Assembly: GCA_013265495.1 (NCBI GenBank)
Contig: MU063893.1
Location: 2,406,476 to 2,470,475, forward strand
From: Vicugna vicugna
Lineage: Eukaryota
Direction of reading: 5' to 3'
Length of the DNA stretch: 64,000 nucleotides
Below the pieces are notes generated by a model, which saw only the letters and a program-made list of their open reading frames with translations, was not told where the DNA came from and made no database searches. Below, in pieces: positions 52,061-63,865 of this stretch (position 1 is the first letter of the stretch; each line of letters begins with the position of its first letter). Position numbers and translations under genes: made by a program.

Positions 52061-55000
52061 TTTAACAACGCCAGAATCTTGGTCTCTAAAAGACCTCTCT
52101 CTTCTTCCTGGAATTAATTCTTTTGCCCTCTTTCTACATCTTGACTCATAATTCCTCAGACATAGTTGGTAAAGATTCTCCTTTTTTCCCACTGGGCAAT
52201 TTAATTACACAGTAAACTCCAGACAAGTAAAGACTTCCTTCCTTTGGAAATTTCCTTCCCAGGCAGAGGATGGTGCTTTACCCTTGATGGTTACCGCTAA
52301 TTACCAAAAAGCTGACCAGCCGTACATGCAGCATCATCTATAACCAAAGTGAGCAGTGAGAGAAACAAAATGGGAAACGTTTCCCCCAAGCTTGGCTGTG
52401 GACTGTAAATCTCCCTCTCCAAAAAAGTAATTCTTTAAAAACCTAATAACATTAATATTTTATCTGATTATAAGTGTAACATATGTGCATTATGAAAAAC
52501 GTGGGAAAAAACCCAAAAACAAATCATTCGTTATCCTACAAAGAAAATGAAACAGAACCACCGAATGAGAGTCTTTTTATTAAGAGCTGCTTGATGAGAG
52601 CATCGTGTGTTCATCTGTGCATGTGTGTTTGTACAAGCCACCTATGCCCGCTCGTCTGCGAATATAGTGGAATAACTGTGGGGTTTGTGGATTGTATAAA
52701 GATGCTTGCAAGCCCATCAAAGAGGGCTTTTGTTTGCATGCAACTCATGTAAGAGTAAATACTCCATAACCACTTGAGCATAATGCAAGGAAGAAAAACT
52801 GAAATGACGGCTACTGGCCAGCATACAGATNNNNNNNNNNNNNNNNNNNNNNNNNNNNNNNNNNNNNNNNNNNNNNNNNNNNNNNNNNNNNNNNNNNNNN
52901 NNNNNNNNNNNNNNNNNNNNNNNNNNNNNNNNNNNNNNNNNNNNNNNNNNNNNNNNNNNNNNNNNNNNNNTAGAAATTGCAATCACTCCAGCTGACAACA
53001 AAGCATCCTAATCACAAGCCGGTAGAAGAGCCGACGGTGGGCAGCTGGTCCACCCCATTTTGCACTGTCCAGGCACGCGATCGGATTCAGTATAGGGAGC
53101 CCCCTCTTCATATACAGCGCCCGCTTCTGAAGAGTTGTGTGCAAATCAAGTTTTGTGTTGCGTCCTGTGTTTGTTACATTAAGGAAGCTTCAAGCTTGAT
53201 ATCTAAAGAGACTTCCTTTCAAGCAGTATGTTTCTTTTTACCATGTTACGATTCCTCTGAAATAAATCTAAAAGCTATTTTGGTATATGAGATTTTATTA
53301 AAGTATATAGTTCACTTACACCACTAAGTTTATTAAAATAAGGGAAGGAATGTAGCCCATGAAGCCAGGCATAGAAATGCAGCTTGGATAGTCCCGAGTT
53401 CTCCAAACATTAAGGTAATTTGAGCTTTATTGAAAGTAACAGCCTAGAGGCTGTTAGAAGTGACCCATTTACATGCACTTTCGTACTGATGGATTATTAA
53501 ACTGATGGTTTGTGAGAATTTAGGATAGAATGCAGTAGTCATGAAAAGTCCACCCAGAATTATCACGCTAATAATTCAGGGTAGTCATCCTCATTTCTTT
53601 GCCTTTTTTTTTTTCTTTTTTCAAGTGGCCTTCAGGATAGGTAGATAGGTAAGTTACATTTCTGTTTTCGCAAATCATGTGGCAAAGTGTGCTTCCTGGT
53701 GGAATATTTACCTAAGTTCACGCCCAACTGGCCAAAGAGCTGGGAACAGTGATACTGACGAATCCTGTGGCTGCCTGAGCAGCAGTCCAGCGGAGGACCA
53801 CAGCTCTGTGTCCGGTCCTGGCACATGGTGCTAACCAGCTGAAGGCTTAGAAGACACACTGACCAAATTTCAAGTGAAACAAAGAAGGAATGGCCAAGGT
53901 GACAGGAAATGAGATTTGAGTGCATGGGTATATCCTCGGCCCATCCACACTGAGAACAATCACCCCGGTGCTCTAAGCCCTTACGTGTTGTTGAGTAGAA
54001 AGTTCTTTTTCCCTGGATTTCCCTCTCCTGATCCTCCCTCCAAGAGTCTTGGCAACAAGGAACAAGGGGAGGCTCTCGGATGCTCCCATAGCCCTGAGCT
54101 CAGCCCAGAGCTCACTCTCTTTCACTCACAGAACTGCCCTACTGCTTCTCAAGACCAACTCCCACACTGGGGCCGCTGGGGACACTGCACTTCCCTTATC
54201 CCCCAGAGCATATGGGGTTGGCTTGAATGGAGCTCATGCGGGGAAGTCCAACAAAGCCATGCACCGCTCCAACACTGGCCAACAGCAACCCAGCCTGCCC
54301 ACCCTGCTGGGCTTCTCCAAGCGCCTGAATGTTTCAGGGCAGTTAAGAGATTGTTCCACTCAGAATAGAAGGCAGGGCAGCTTTTTACAGCAATACATGT
54401 TAGGTAAATGGAAAGCCCTTCCAAAGAATGGGTCCTAAAGGGTCCAAGAATCAGCTGTACACAGTGATGATTCACGGGGAAAAGAACCGTGTGGTTTCCA
54501 TTGACCTGAACCTCAATATTTGCCTGTGTTACGTGTCTTCTCGAAAAGTCAACATGTACCTTGCTTTGCGACTGATGTGCAGGGAAATGATCCATTTATG
54601 ATTATGGGATTGCACCTGAAATGCTTTTCCATTTATGGAGCTGCCTTATAGGAGAGAGGCTGATGGGGTGGGGCGGGGAGGGAGGGAGAGAGAGACAAAT
54701 AAGAAGGGACAGTGTAGGCAAACCACGCGGTGCCCGGAGTAGTTGAAGGGATAGGGAACGACCGTCTAGTTGATGACGGCGGATCTGGGGCAGCACTTGC
54801 TGTCCGAGCGTTTGGAACACCTTCACGTGGAAGAAGAAAGAAATGAAACCAGCCAAGGGTTATCAGAGGGAGTCAGATGCCTCAATAAAACAACATATCT
54901 TCTAACAAGAAGACTCACATTTTATAACTTTTCCTAATGCCTTAGGACTTTACGAGCAAAGAGTGAGTTTTATGTAATTGTTAAAATTCATTCATTCACT

Positions 55001-55257
55001 AATTTATTCTTTCAATAAATTACCACATACCAGGCGCTGTTCTAAGTGCTGAGGATACAGAAATGGACAGACCAGAATCTCCTCCTATCCTAGGAACTTA
55101 TACTTTACTGTCAAAAAAGTAAAATCTAAACATAAGTAACATTTCAAAATATGTTTTCCATAAGAAACACAGAACGATGTATCATGGCATGTTGCTTTAG
55201 CTATGGGGTTAGTCCAGAAAGTGCAGCATTTGGAAGGATTCCCCTCAGCGTTTCCAA

Positions 55258-55444
55258 CCTGGCTTTTCAAACACCCAGGAGAGGATAAAAGGTCACGTGG
55301 GTGCCCATCCGGCTCCAAGGAGAACTCCACCCACGTAAGCCAGACTCTTGGGGTCAGCATAGTGGGCAGCCAAAATGAGACCCAAATTTGTTGAAGCTGG
55401 GTCATAACTACGTGAATGATCATGACACCATTGTCTCTTTCTGT
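55258..55444 (+). pseudogene. Non-functional orthologue of a human TBXAS1 alternative exon (intron 5)
   Basis: Translates PGFSNTQERIKGHVGAHPAPRRTPPT*...YVNDHDTIVSFC versus the recalled human isoform insert [26 protein letters not shown]...[12 protein letters not shown]. AA replaces the acceptor AG, and there is an in-frame TAA. Confidence 0.7.
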
Positions 55445-55495
55445 GTCCATGTTAGAAATTTTCCATAATAAAGATATCTTAATATTAAAAAAGGA
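55385..55495 (+). mobile_element. Ancient L1 3'-terminal fragment (L1MB/MC/ME-like)
   Basis: ttgttgaagctgggt...catg...tgtccatgttagaaattttccataataaa matches the recalled old L1 3' end. Confidence 0.6.
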
Positions 55496-56105
55496 AATTC
55501 CACAGTTGTTCTGCATGGGCATTGAAGGCCTCTGAAAGTCAAGGGTTCCCTATATTGGAAGATTAAAGCAACTTAAGCAGAAAGGAATAACCATCCATCC
55601 AATGGTTTTCATACTGAATAAGAAGTTGAAATGGATGACCTTGGGTTGCTTTTGATACTGAGACTCTATATTCTAGCGGAAGATCTAGAATACAATTGGA
55701 ACCAAGCAAACACGGATTTGGGCTAATTCCAGCATTAGTACATATGGACTGTGGTCTATTTACACTCTAATGCTAACCAAATGTCACAAAATGAGTACTG
55801 ATTCTCATTTCTAAGCATTTAATGATCATTTTCATAATTATTTCATGGTATTTACTCTAAATCTTCTCTTATTTTTGCTTCCAAAATAACCAGATTGCTT
55901 AAGCTAAAACAGATGTTTACAGCTATTGTGTTTTACAATACTGGTGAATTTTAGATCTTCCTCTTCAATCTTGGGTGCACCGAAGTTACATTCATAACAA
56001 TGGCCATTTTCCCAGGAAGCACCACCCATCCCCTCTTCATCTGCAGCTAATTTAGGTGTGCTCCCTGCATGGGGTCCTAATCACACCTTTCTGATTCGCT
56101 CTCAG

Positions 56106-56194
56106 ATGATTCCTCTCATCAGCCAAGCCTGTGACCTGCTCTTGGACGACTTAAAGCACTATGCAGAATCTGGGGACGCTTTCGACATCCAGAG
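56106..56194 (+). CDS. TBXAS1: TBXAS1 exon 6 (89 bp)
   Basis: cgctctcag|ATGATT...CAGAG|gtaagg. Translates [29 protein letters not shown](R). Confidence 0.97.
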
Positions 56195-57916
56195 GTAAGG
56201 CTGCTGCCTGGCTACGTTACAGATGAGAGATCGCATTTTTGAATTGCTCCTTCTTATAACTCTACATAATTGCTGGACAATCACCTTGGTACCAGCAAAC
56301 TATGGAAATGTTAGAAAAGCTCATAAGAGCATGGGTGGACAAAGAAGACATGAAACTCACAGAAAATGTCACCCAAATGCAAACAAACACAAGAGGATGT
56401 GGCATGTTCAGGGAGCCCGAAGAGGGCTGTATTTTGTAGACTTGCCCTCCAACTTCTGTAGACCCAGGAGTGGGCAGGATATGCCAGGACAGAGAGGACA
56501 GGGTCCTGGGAGAAAGTCTGTGCATTTTTAACTCAAGAAACGCTGTGGCACACCTTCACCTAGAAGCCATGACTTACTGGTGGACACTGAATTTAAACAA
56601 CTGATTGGCTTTTTGCCTAGTTGTCCTGTGCTAAATTACGGATTACTGCAGATTAGGAGTCGCACAGCAGATCAGCCTGAAGCCAATGCACCCTTATTAT
56701 CATTGTTAATGAAATAATAACATAATCATCACCAGCATTTACATTCTACCGTATTGTTTACAAAATTCTCTCCCATACATTCTCGCTGGTCCTAAGGTGC
56801 ATGAATTAAGATAAGATGGGCCCAGCAGCCATAAAAGCAAAGTAACCAACTCTTAAAACCTTGACATCTTCAGCCATTAGGATCAGATGAAATCACACTC
56901 AGTGAAATCAAATTGTGGTTTCTGCTGTCACGGGGAAATGTGTCATCAATTGTAGAAATGTTTTCAATAAAAGCAGTCAAAATAAAAGAAGTCATCTAGA
57001 GATGTCACGTATTCCTCAAGGATAAGTCGTTGGTTATAGAATTTATGAAGAAGAGGAACTAAGTGTGTGTCTACATCAAGCCACAAAGATAGAACTTTTA
57101 ATTATAAAAGGATATGAATACCCAGTTGCTAGCCTTTTTAGAAGTAAACAGGCTACCGCTATAAGACAACAAAAAAGGATTATCCTAGCTTAAAATGGCC
57201 ATTTGAGGGGCAGATTTCCTAGAGCCTAAGAGGTGAATTTTACTGGAGCTACTGCCACACACTTTCCCTTCTGTTTGTTTCTCAAGTGCAATGTGCGTTT
57301 TCTGTAATAATATACATATGTTCACGAAGCTGGTCCCAAAGCTTGTCTTTTATTTATCTGAGTGTGAAGGGCCCTGGTTTTTTGTTTGTTGCTCTTATGA
57401 AAGCTGTAAAATCATCAGGAGGAAGAGGGGGACAGAGCGAATAAAGCCAGATAATCAGGTGGTTACCTCATCCATCACAATTTGCTGTGGGTCAGTCAGT
57501 CGTCAGACCCGGACCTTGGATGTGCTCTGCACAGCTTTGGGGTAAAGCACATAGGCTTTGGGTCAAGTGTTCTCCCTCCTTCATGGGGAGGAAAATGTAA
57601 AGTGTACTTCTTGGTATTTCATGGCATCTGGTTTGAAGCTGCCGGAAGTCTCAAAGTTGAGTACGTGAGGTTCTCCTCCCCTCCCCCACCTCTGTCTAGA
57701 TCACCTCTCTGTTGTGTTTACGTCTCCTCTTCAGTCCTGCAGTCACGCTGCCAGGATGGAATCCCAGCAGCTCCTCTCCCTCCACCTCTCTTCAGATCTG
57801 CTGGAAGCTCTGCTTCGGAAGAGGCAGACGATGGAGTCGTGCCTCTCTAGGAGTGCATGTGATGGGGAGGCCAATGGCCTGGTCCTTCCCAGGCACAAAT
57901 GGTCCCCCTCCTGCAG

Positions 57917-58065
57917 GTGCTACTGCTGCTACACCACAGACGTGGTTGCCAGCGTGGCCTTCGGCACCCCGGTGGACTCCCGGAAGGCTCCTGAGCACCC
58001 CTTTGTGACGCACTGCAGGCGCTTCTTTGAGTTCTCCATCCCCAGACCTATCCTGGTTTTAATCT
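57917..58065 (+). CDS. TBXAS1: TBXAS1 exon 7 (149 bp)
   Basis: ctcctgcag|GTGCTAC...TTAATCT|gtaagt. Translates [49 protein letters not shown]. Confidence 0.97.
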
Positions 58066-59446
58066 GTAAGTACGGTGCCTGCCCAGGGTGGTCAGTGGGC
58101 TACAGCCAGTTGGGGGTGGGGGCGGGCAGCTTCAGGGCTCAGCCCTTACCGCCAGGAAAGGTCCACTGGGGGGTCTCTGACATTGCCCTGTGAAGCCCTC
58201 CTCCCTGAGGAGGCTTCATCTTCCTGGGACCGTCCAGGCTCCTCTGGCCACCAGCCTGGGGCCACTTATTACCATCACAGGTCACCCCGGCCTGGCTCCC
58301 CACTGCCGTCAGGAAAATGGCCGCAGGGCCGGGAACCCATCACCTATGAGCTCTAGTTCACTGTGCATCGGGCTTCAAGCAGAGATGTCTTCTGAAGAGG
58401 ATTTTGCTGGAGGGGATAAATGTGCCCATGAAAATAAAAGGCTTTGGGTTCCTGCCTTGGCTCCGCCTTTTTAAGCCTCAGTTTTCTCATCTGTAAAGTG
58501 GGGTGGGGGGAGAATGCCTTTCCCATGGGATGCAGACAAGCAGTAACTGCGGCAGTGCAGGCGGGCACTCAGCCCCGAGCATGCGGCCCAGCTCCCGACG
58601 GCAGTGTAGGTGCCACTGCTGCTCCACCACACATGGGTGACGAGCAGATTACCGAACGCTGTGGAGACCAGTCCATTTATCTTATTTCTATTTTAGAAGT
58701 GAGTCTTACCCTCTGGCCAATTCTGGTATCTTCTTGCTTTTATGGAAGCACTGAAGTGTTATTATTGTTACTGATTATCGCCATAATTCCTAACCATTCT
58801 GCTGGGCTGGTAAATTCTGTTCATTCCTTGGTCAGTTTCATTCCTATTTCTGAGCCAATTTCCGTGGAAGCCCCGGGCACCTTCATCTGCTCTGCACTGA
58901 AACTGCAGGAAGAGTCACTATGAGGGTCAAAGCAGTGTCCTCCTTTGCCCCTCACCCCCTGCACCCCAGGGGGGTTGGCTACCCTTGTCATCAACCATGG
59001 AGTGTCCTGCCAAGCAGACGGGTCCTTTGTCCCATGGCTGCTGCCACTCCTCTCTCGGCCACACTGAGCCCGCCTCCCTGCTGTGTCATTTTGGTTCTGG
59101 CTCCCACTCTTGAAAATGGGCAGAGCCTCCTGAGGCCTCCATGGATTGAGAATGACCCTGTCCCCCGGCTCCCGCATGGTGCCTGTGCAAGCAGGAATTC
59201 TGAGAAGCTGAACTGAGCCAAGTTCCCCAGCGACAGGCTTGGCCCCTTGGCACAGGCCACGGTCCAGGAGGGGATAAGTGTCCCAGACCCAGGAGGCCTT
59301 GTCCCAAGGGCATGGCAACAGGGATGCAAGCTGCCCACAGCACAGCAAGGGAGGTGCCCGCAGGGGACGAGGCCAGCATCCTTGTCAGCAGCTGCAGTGG
59401 CAGCTCTTAGGAACAATTCAGGTGTTAGCTCTGGGGAAAACGATCC

Positions 59447-59509
59447 AAAGGAAAAAAATGCAAATGACCAGAAAGTTAAAGGAAAAAAAATGCAAATGAC
59501 CAGAAAATT
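59447..59509. repeat. 31/32-bp tandem duplication containing the octamer ATGCAAAT twice
   Basis: aaaggaaaaaaatgcaaatgaccagaaagtt followed by aaaggaaaaaaaatgcaaatgaccagaaaatt. Confidence 0.95.
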
Positions 59510-59901
59510 AAGAAAGTGGATCAACTTACATCACTTGCTAAGACTTGAAACATGGCTTGCAATCTGTTCTTCCCTGATGAAATACAGAGACCTTGGGCCC
59601 TCCTGTCTAGGACCTGGGAAATTAACTTACAAGCATGAGATCGACTTCTTGAGGGCCAGATGGAAGTAGGGATTCAATTGTACAACCATTAATCGAGTGC
59701 TTACTACATGCAAGGAACGGTGAGGAGCCCAGAGGTGGAAAAGGACATCATCCCAGCTCTGAGCAGCAGCAATTCAGAAGGGAAGACAGGCCTTCAAATG
59801 ACTAATTCAAAGCCAGGGTTTGCTTCCTGGCAACAGGCACCTAATAGCCCTGGNNNNNNNNNNNNNNNNNNNNNNNNNNNNNNNNNNNNNNNNNNNNNNN
59901 N

Positions 59902-60032
59902 NNNNNNNNNNNNNNNNNNNNNNNNNNNNNNNNNNNNNNNNNNNNNNNNNNNNNNNNNNNNNNNNNNNNNNNNNNNNNNNNNNNNNNNNNNNNNNNNNNN
60001 NNNNNNNNNGGGACCAGCAAGCTGCAGAAAAG
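59902..60032 (+). CDS. TBXAS1: TBXAS1 exon 8 (only 60010-60032 visible; 5' part in N gap, start inferred)
   Basis: Visible GG GAC CAG CAA GCT GCA GAA AAG|gtaacg = (R)DQQAAEK, matching human RDQQAAEE. The start is inferred from the recalled 131-bp human exon length and depends on the gap size being accurate. Confidence 0.8.
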
Positions 60033-60397
60033 GTAACGTATTTTAATAGGACACAGCGTGGAAATGGAATGGAAGCTAATTTGGCATTGCTGTCTCTTTC
60101 CTCTCCCTCCCCTCCCAGCCCTGCACACCCAGCCATGCAGAGGGGCAAACAGTGAGCGAGTGGTGAAGGCAGGAGGGAAGGGTGGTGGGGAAAAGCCACA
60201 CTCTGTCCACACTCTGACGTGGGGGAGCAGAATTAAAAGCTGCCCCCGCCTCCAAGCTCACGGGCCTCCCTGTTTCCAGCATCACCCCCAGCACAGTATA
60301 CCACAGCCTCAGAAAATTTTCTAGGTAAATTGGCCCACATGTGCTTTTCATCAGTGTATTCTTTATATGGAACAACGGCAAGATGGAGCTTTACAGC

Positions 60398-60402
<5 letters not shown>

Positions 60403-60432
<30 letters not shown>
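60403..60432. repeat. (CAG)10 trinucleotide repeat in intron 8
   Basis: Read directly. Confidence 0.95.
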
Positions 60433-60433
<1 letters not shown>

Positions 60434-63400
60434 GGGGAGTTCAGGCAGCTGTCACCCACCTCACACACTCCCTCTCAGCGCGGAGGGTGGAGGGCGTGGC
60501 TAGGAAAGTCCTGGTCAAGGGCCCTCTCATCTGAGACCTAGAGATTCTTGCCTCCTTACACACTTGCCCTGTGCTCGGCACACAGTAGGAATCGAGTAAA
60601 TTTTCCCTGATTGAGCTTGGCTGAGAATAGAAATAGGAATTTTCAGTGTTGAGGAAAACAATGTCAATACTGGATATACTTGTGCATGTATAATGCTGTT
60701 CTTTACCAGCCTCATTGCAGTCAAGAAAATAGCTTCCAAGGAAAAACACAGGGCTGAAATGTCTCTTCCTGAATTGACTTGTGTAAGACGTGGCTTTCAG
60801 AGAGTTTTCTCAAAGACTGGGCAGCTCAGGGGGATTACCAAAGAAAGGACGCGAGGTCCGGCGTTGGCCGAGGATGAGACCAGGGGTCAGGTAGTGACCA
60901 GAGGCACGGGCCAGCCTCAGGCAGAGCCTCATACTGCCCAGCCTCACCCTCTGGAGAATGTGCAGCAAAGGTGTCCTGGTCCAGAAGTTGGGGAAGGTGG
61001 AGAGCAGCTCACAGCCCTTTGGCCCAGACCACCAAGAACTCAACCTCATGTCTTTGGAGGTGTGAGAACAATCAGCTCAGTGGTATCCCTGGCCCAGCTC
61101 CACCATCTGAAAGGACAGAACACTTTTATCCAGGTTTATGCTTCTCCGGAGCGGGGATGGAGGCTCAGGGAGAAGAGAGGAGCAAAGTCCCATTTTCAAA
61201 CCTTAATATTCCTAAGAAGGTCTTCCCTCCGACGGTTCATCACACAACCCCACCCCATCCCACCCCCAGCCTGAAACCCACTGGTTGTGGAATCAGGCTG
61301 ACAATTCTAAAAGTGTTGCACCAAATAGCTTACTCAGAGGTGAGGGGTTATTATAGATCCAATTACTGGGATTGCCTCGAGCTTTTTCCTTTTATAAACT
61401 CAAAAGCTATTTGTTTCAAACAATGAGTTGATCTGAGAAAAACCTCCCAACCACAAATCCAGGACTGCCCGTGTCAAGACAGAGCTATATGGTTACTAAG
61501 AAAACTTGCTTTAAACCCATCTAAACTCTGTAGACATTCCATCAAACAGATGTGTGTGTGCGCAGTGGAAAATGCAGCACAGATGTTAAAAGGTAAATAT
61601 TTTTCTAAGCTCTAGCCGATGGGTGGATTAGACACCTACATCTATCAGGGTGCGTATTTTTCTTGGGTATAATCATAAACCAGCACTGTTTCAGCCCTAA
61701 ATGGGCAGTGTTCAAATAGCCTCGGTGATGCAGTGCAAATAAAAGAAACCCATCTACACTAATGCTTCTCTCCAGCGCACGGGCCCCAGAGAGCAGCCCT
61801 CTCCTCTGGCCTCTGAGCCAGAGGTTAAGATAGATTTCTGTAAGGCTCGATGGCCCTGTAGCAGCCTGTCCGAGCCAGGCTGAGAAGAAAGGATGCCAGC
61901 TGCAGCTCTGCCATGGGAAAAATCCAACTGTGTGGATGTGACTGTGCCCTCCCTCCCATCCTCCCCCTCCCCCCACCTCCAGCAAAGCCACAAGCCCGCC
62001 TCAAGGACCACAATTGTATCACACCTGAGGAGTTTCAAGTCAAGAGAGAGCCTGGGGTCTCACTGGGGATACTCCGGGGTCCTCAGCTGGCATCCAGGAG
62101 TCGAGGTAGCTGAGAATGCTCACCTCCCACACATGCCATCATGCCCTGCCCTGGGACCAGGGCTGGCAGTCCTAGGAGTTGACCAGGCAACAGGAAGGAA
62201 GCTGGGGGAAAGCCAGTCCTGGCAGACGCCATTTGGAAAACAGAATGAGCAGGGCCAGGGTGGAAAGAGGCAGCCAACTACGGCTGACCTGTGTCGTGCT
62301 CTCAGCTGTTCCAACCTGAGCAGGCTGGCAGGACACGGAGGTCTCGCACCCTTAGTCTCAAGGTTCTTGCCGCCCACAGGCTTAGCTGAGAGCCTTGCTG
62401 GAATCTCAGCAGACACCTTCCAAGGTCACAGAGCTGGGAGGCACTAGAGCTGCAAAGGTCTTGTGATGCAAGTTTCTCGCTCGAAGTCGCAAGCAGTTGC
62501 AAGCAAGTCCAACACAGGCTTCCTCAAAATGTACTTATCTCATTGCATTTGTGGAGCTATTTACTGCACACCTAATGTGTGTTCAGCTCAGTACAGGCAT
62601 GGGGTTGGGTGCAGGGTCCTGCCCTGGAGATGCAAGCAACCCCATGTGAAGTAACAGCCACCTTAAAAGATGGAACGAAATGCTAAATGTGTGCCACAAA
62701 GACTGTGAACGCAATAGAAGTTCAGAAGCCAGCGGACTGAGAAAATAATGCAACTTTGTAATTACAATTTTTTCTGTTGGTGGTTCTAATACTCTCCCTT
62801 TTGCTGTTGAGTCCCTTAAACTTCAGCAAAGAGTGACGTATTGGTTGTCACTCATCACATTAAAGAGCTTTCAAAGATGGGGTGCACCAGGGATACACTC
62901 TGTCAAGGCTAAAGCAACATGTAAACGCTCCCACGGTGACAGTTAGTGGTAGTAAGAAAGACCGTGCAAATGGCCGATAAGGGGAGGCAGGGGAAGTGGT
63001 CAGAGAGCTCAAACCACTTAAGTGGGGTACGGGACTCCTGAGGGAAAAAGGGGGCCCGACACGAGGAGGCTAGGCCAAGGGGTGCAAAATGCAAAGCAGA
63101 GCCGTGGCAGGCAAGCTGCACCAAGGCTCGGTCCCCGCCCCGCCCCGCNNNNNNNNNNNNNNNNNNNNNNNNNNNNNNNNNNNNNNNNNNNNNNNNNNNN
63201 NNNNNNNNNNNNNNNNNNNNNNNNNNNNNNNNNNNNNNNNNNNNNNNNNNNNNNNNNNNNNNNNNNNNNNNNNNNNNNNNNNNNNNNNNNNNNNNNNAGG
63301 AGGCCCTGGGTTGTGCAGAAGTGTACAATGGAGCAGAAGCTTCCGTTTAAATCTGTATGACGCTTCCTCTGCTTTATTGTTGGGAAACCAACCAACCAAC

Positions 63401-63865
63401 ACCACCAACAGGGACAAAGTGAAAAGGGAAAGCCTGCCTGGCTGTCCCACCTCCTCCAGCTCCCTGTGACCCACTGGGCCTGAATGTTGCTGAACACTTT
63501 CTATGCATGGATGTACATAATTACATATCTTGTCCAGGTACTGTTTTTACAGAAATGAGATTCTATCGTGCATTCTCTGCTGCAGCTGGTTCTTGTTATT
63601 TACCGATCTGGCTTAACAAACGGGCTCAGCCTCTTGAACGGCAGGGGCACAGTGTGCTGCCTGCTGCGCTAGCCTCCGAACCAGCGCCCCACTGAGCGAC
63701 AGACGGGGCTTCCAGGTTCTTGCCATCTCAGACAACCCCACAACGGAAGTCCTCACTCCCATCGAGCTATTTAAAAGCTGCACGTGCACATCGTCTTTTG
63801 TGCCCCAAGAAGGCTCTCTTATGTGACTCTAAGGCCACAATGTACATTTTTCTTTGTTCCTTTAG

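Noticed and set aside
57714-58193. 159-aa ORF containing a P450 segment
   Set aside because: It is exon 7 read through into the flanking introns, not a separate gene.
58821-59669. Cluster of overlapping 97-177 aa ORFs
   Set aside because: No homology recognised. The region is GC-rich and possibly an old LTR, and ORFs in several frames at once argue for chance.
60693-62447. Longest ORFs in the track (193 aa and 184 aa)
   Set aside because: No motif or family similarity recognised; intronic and low in information.
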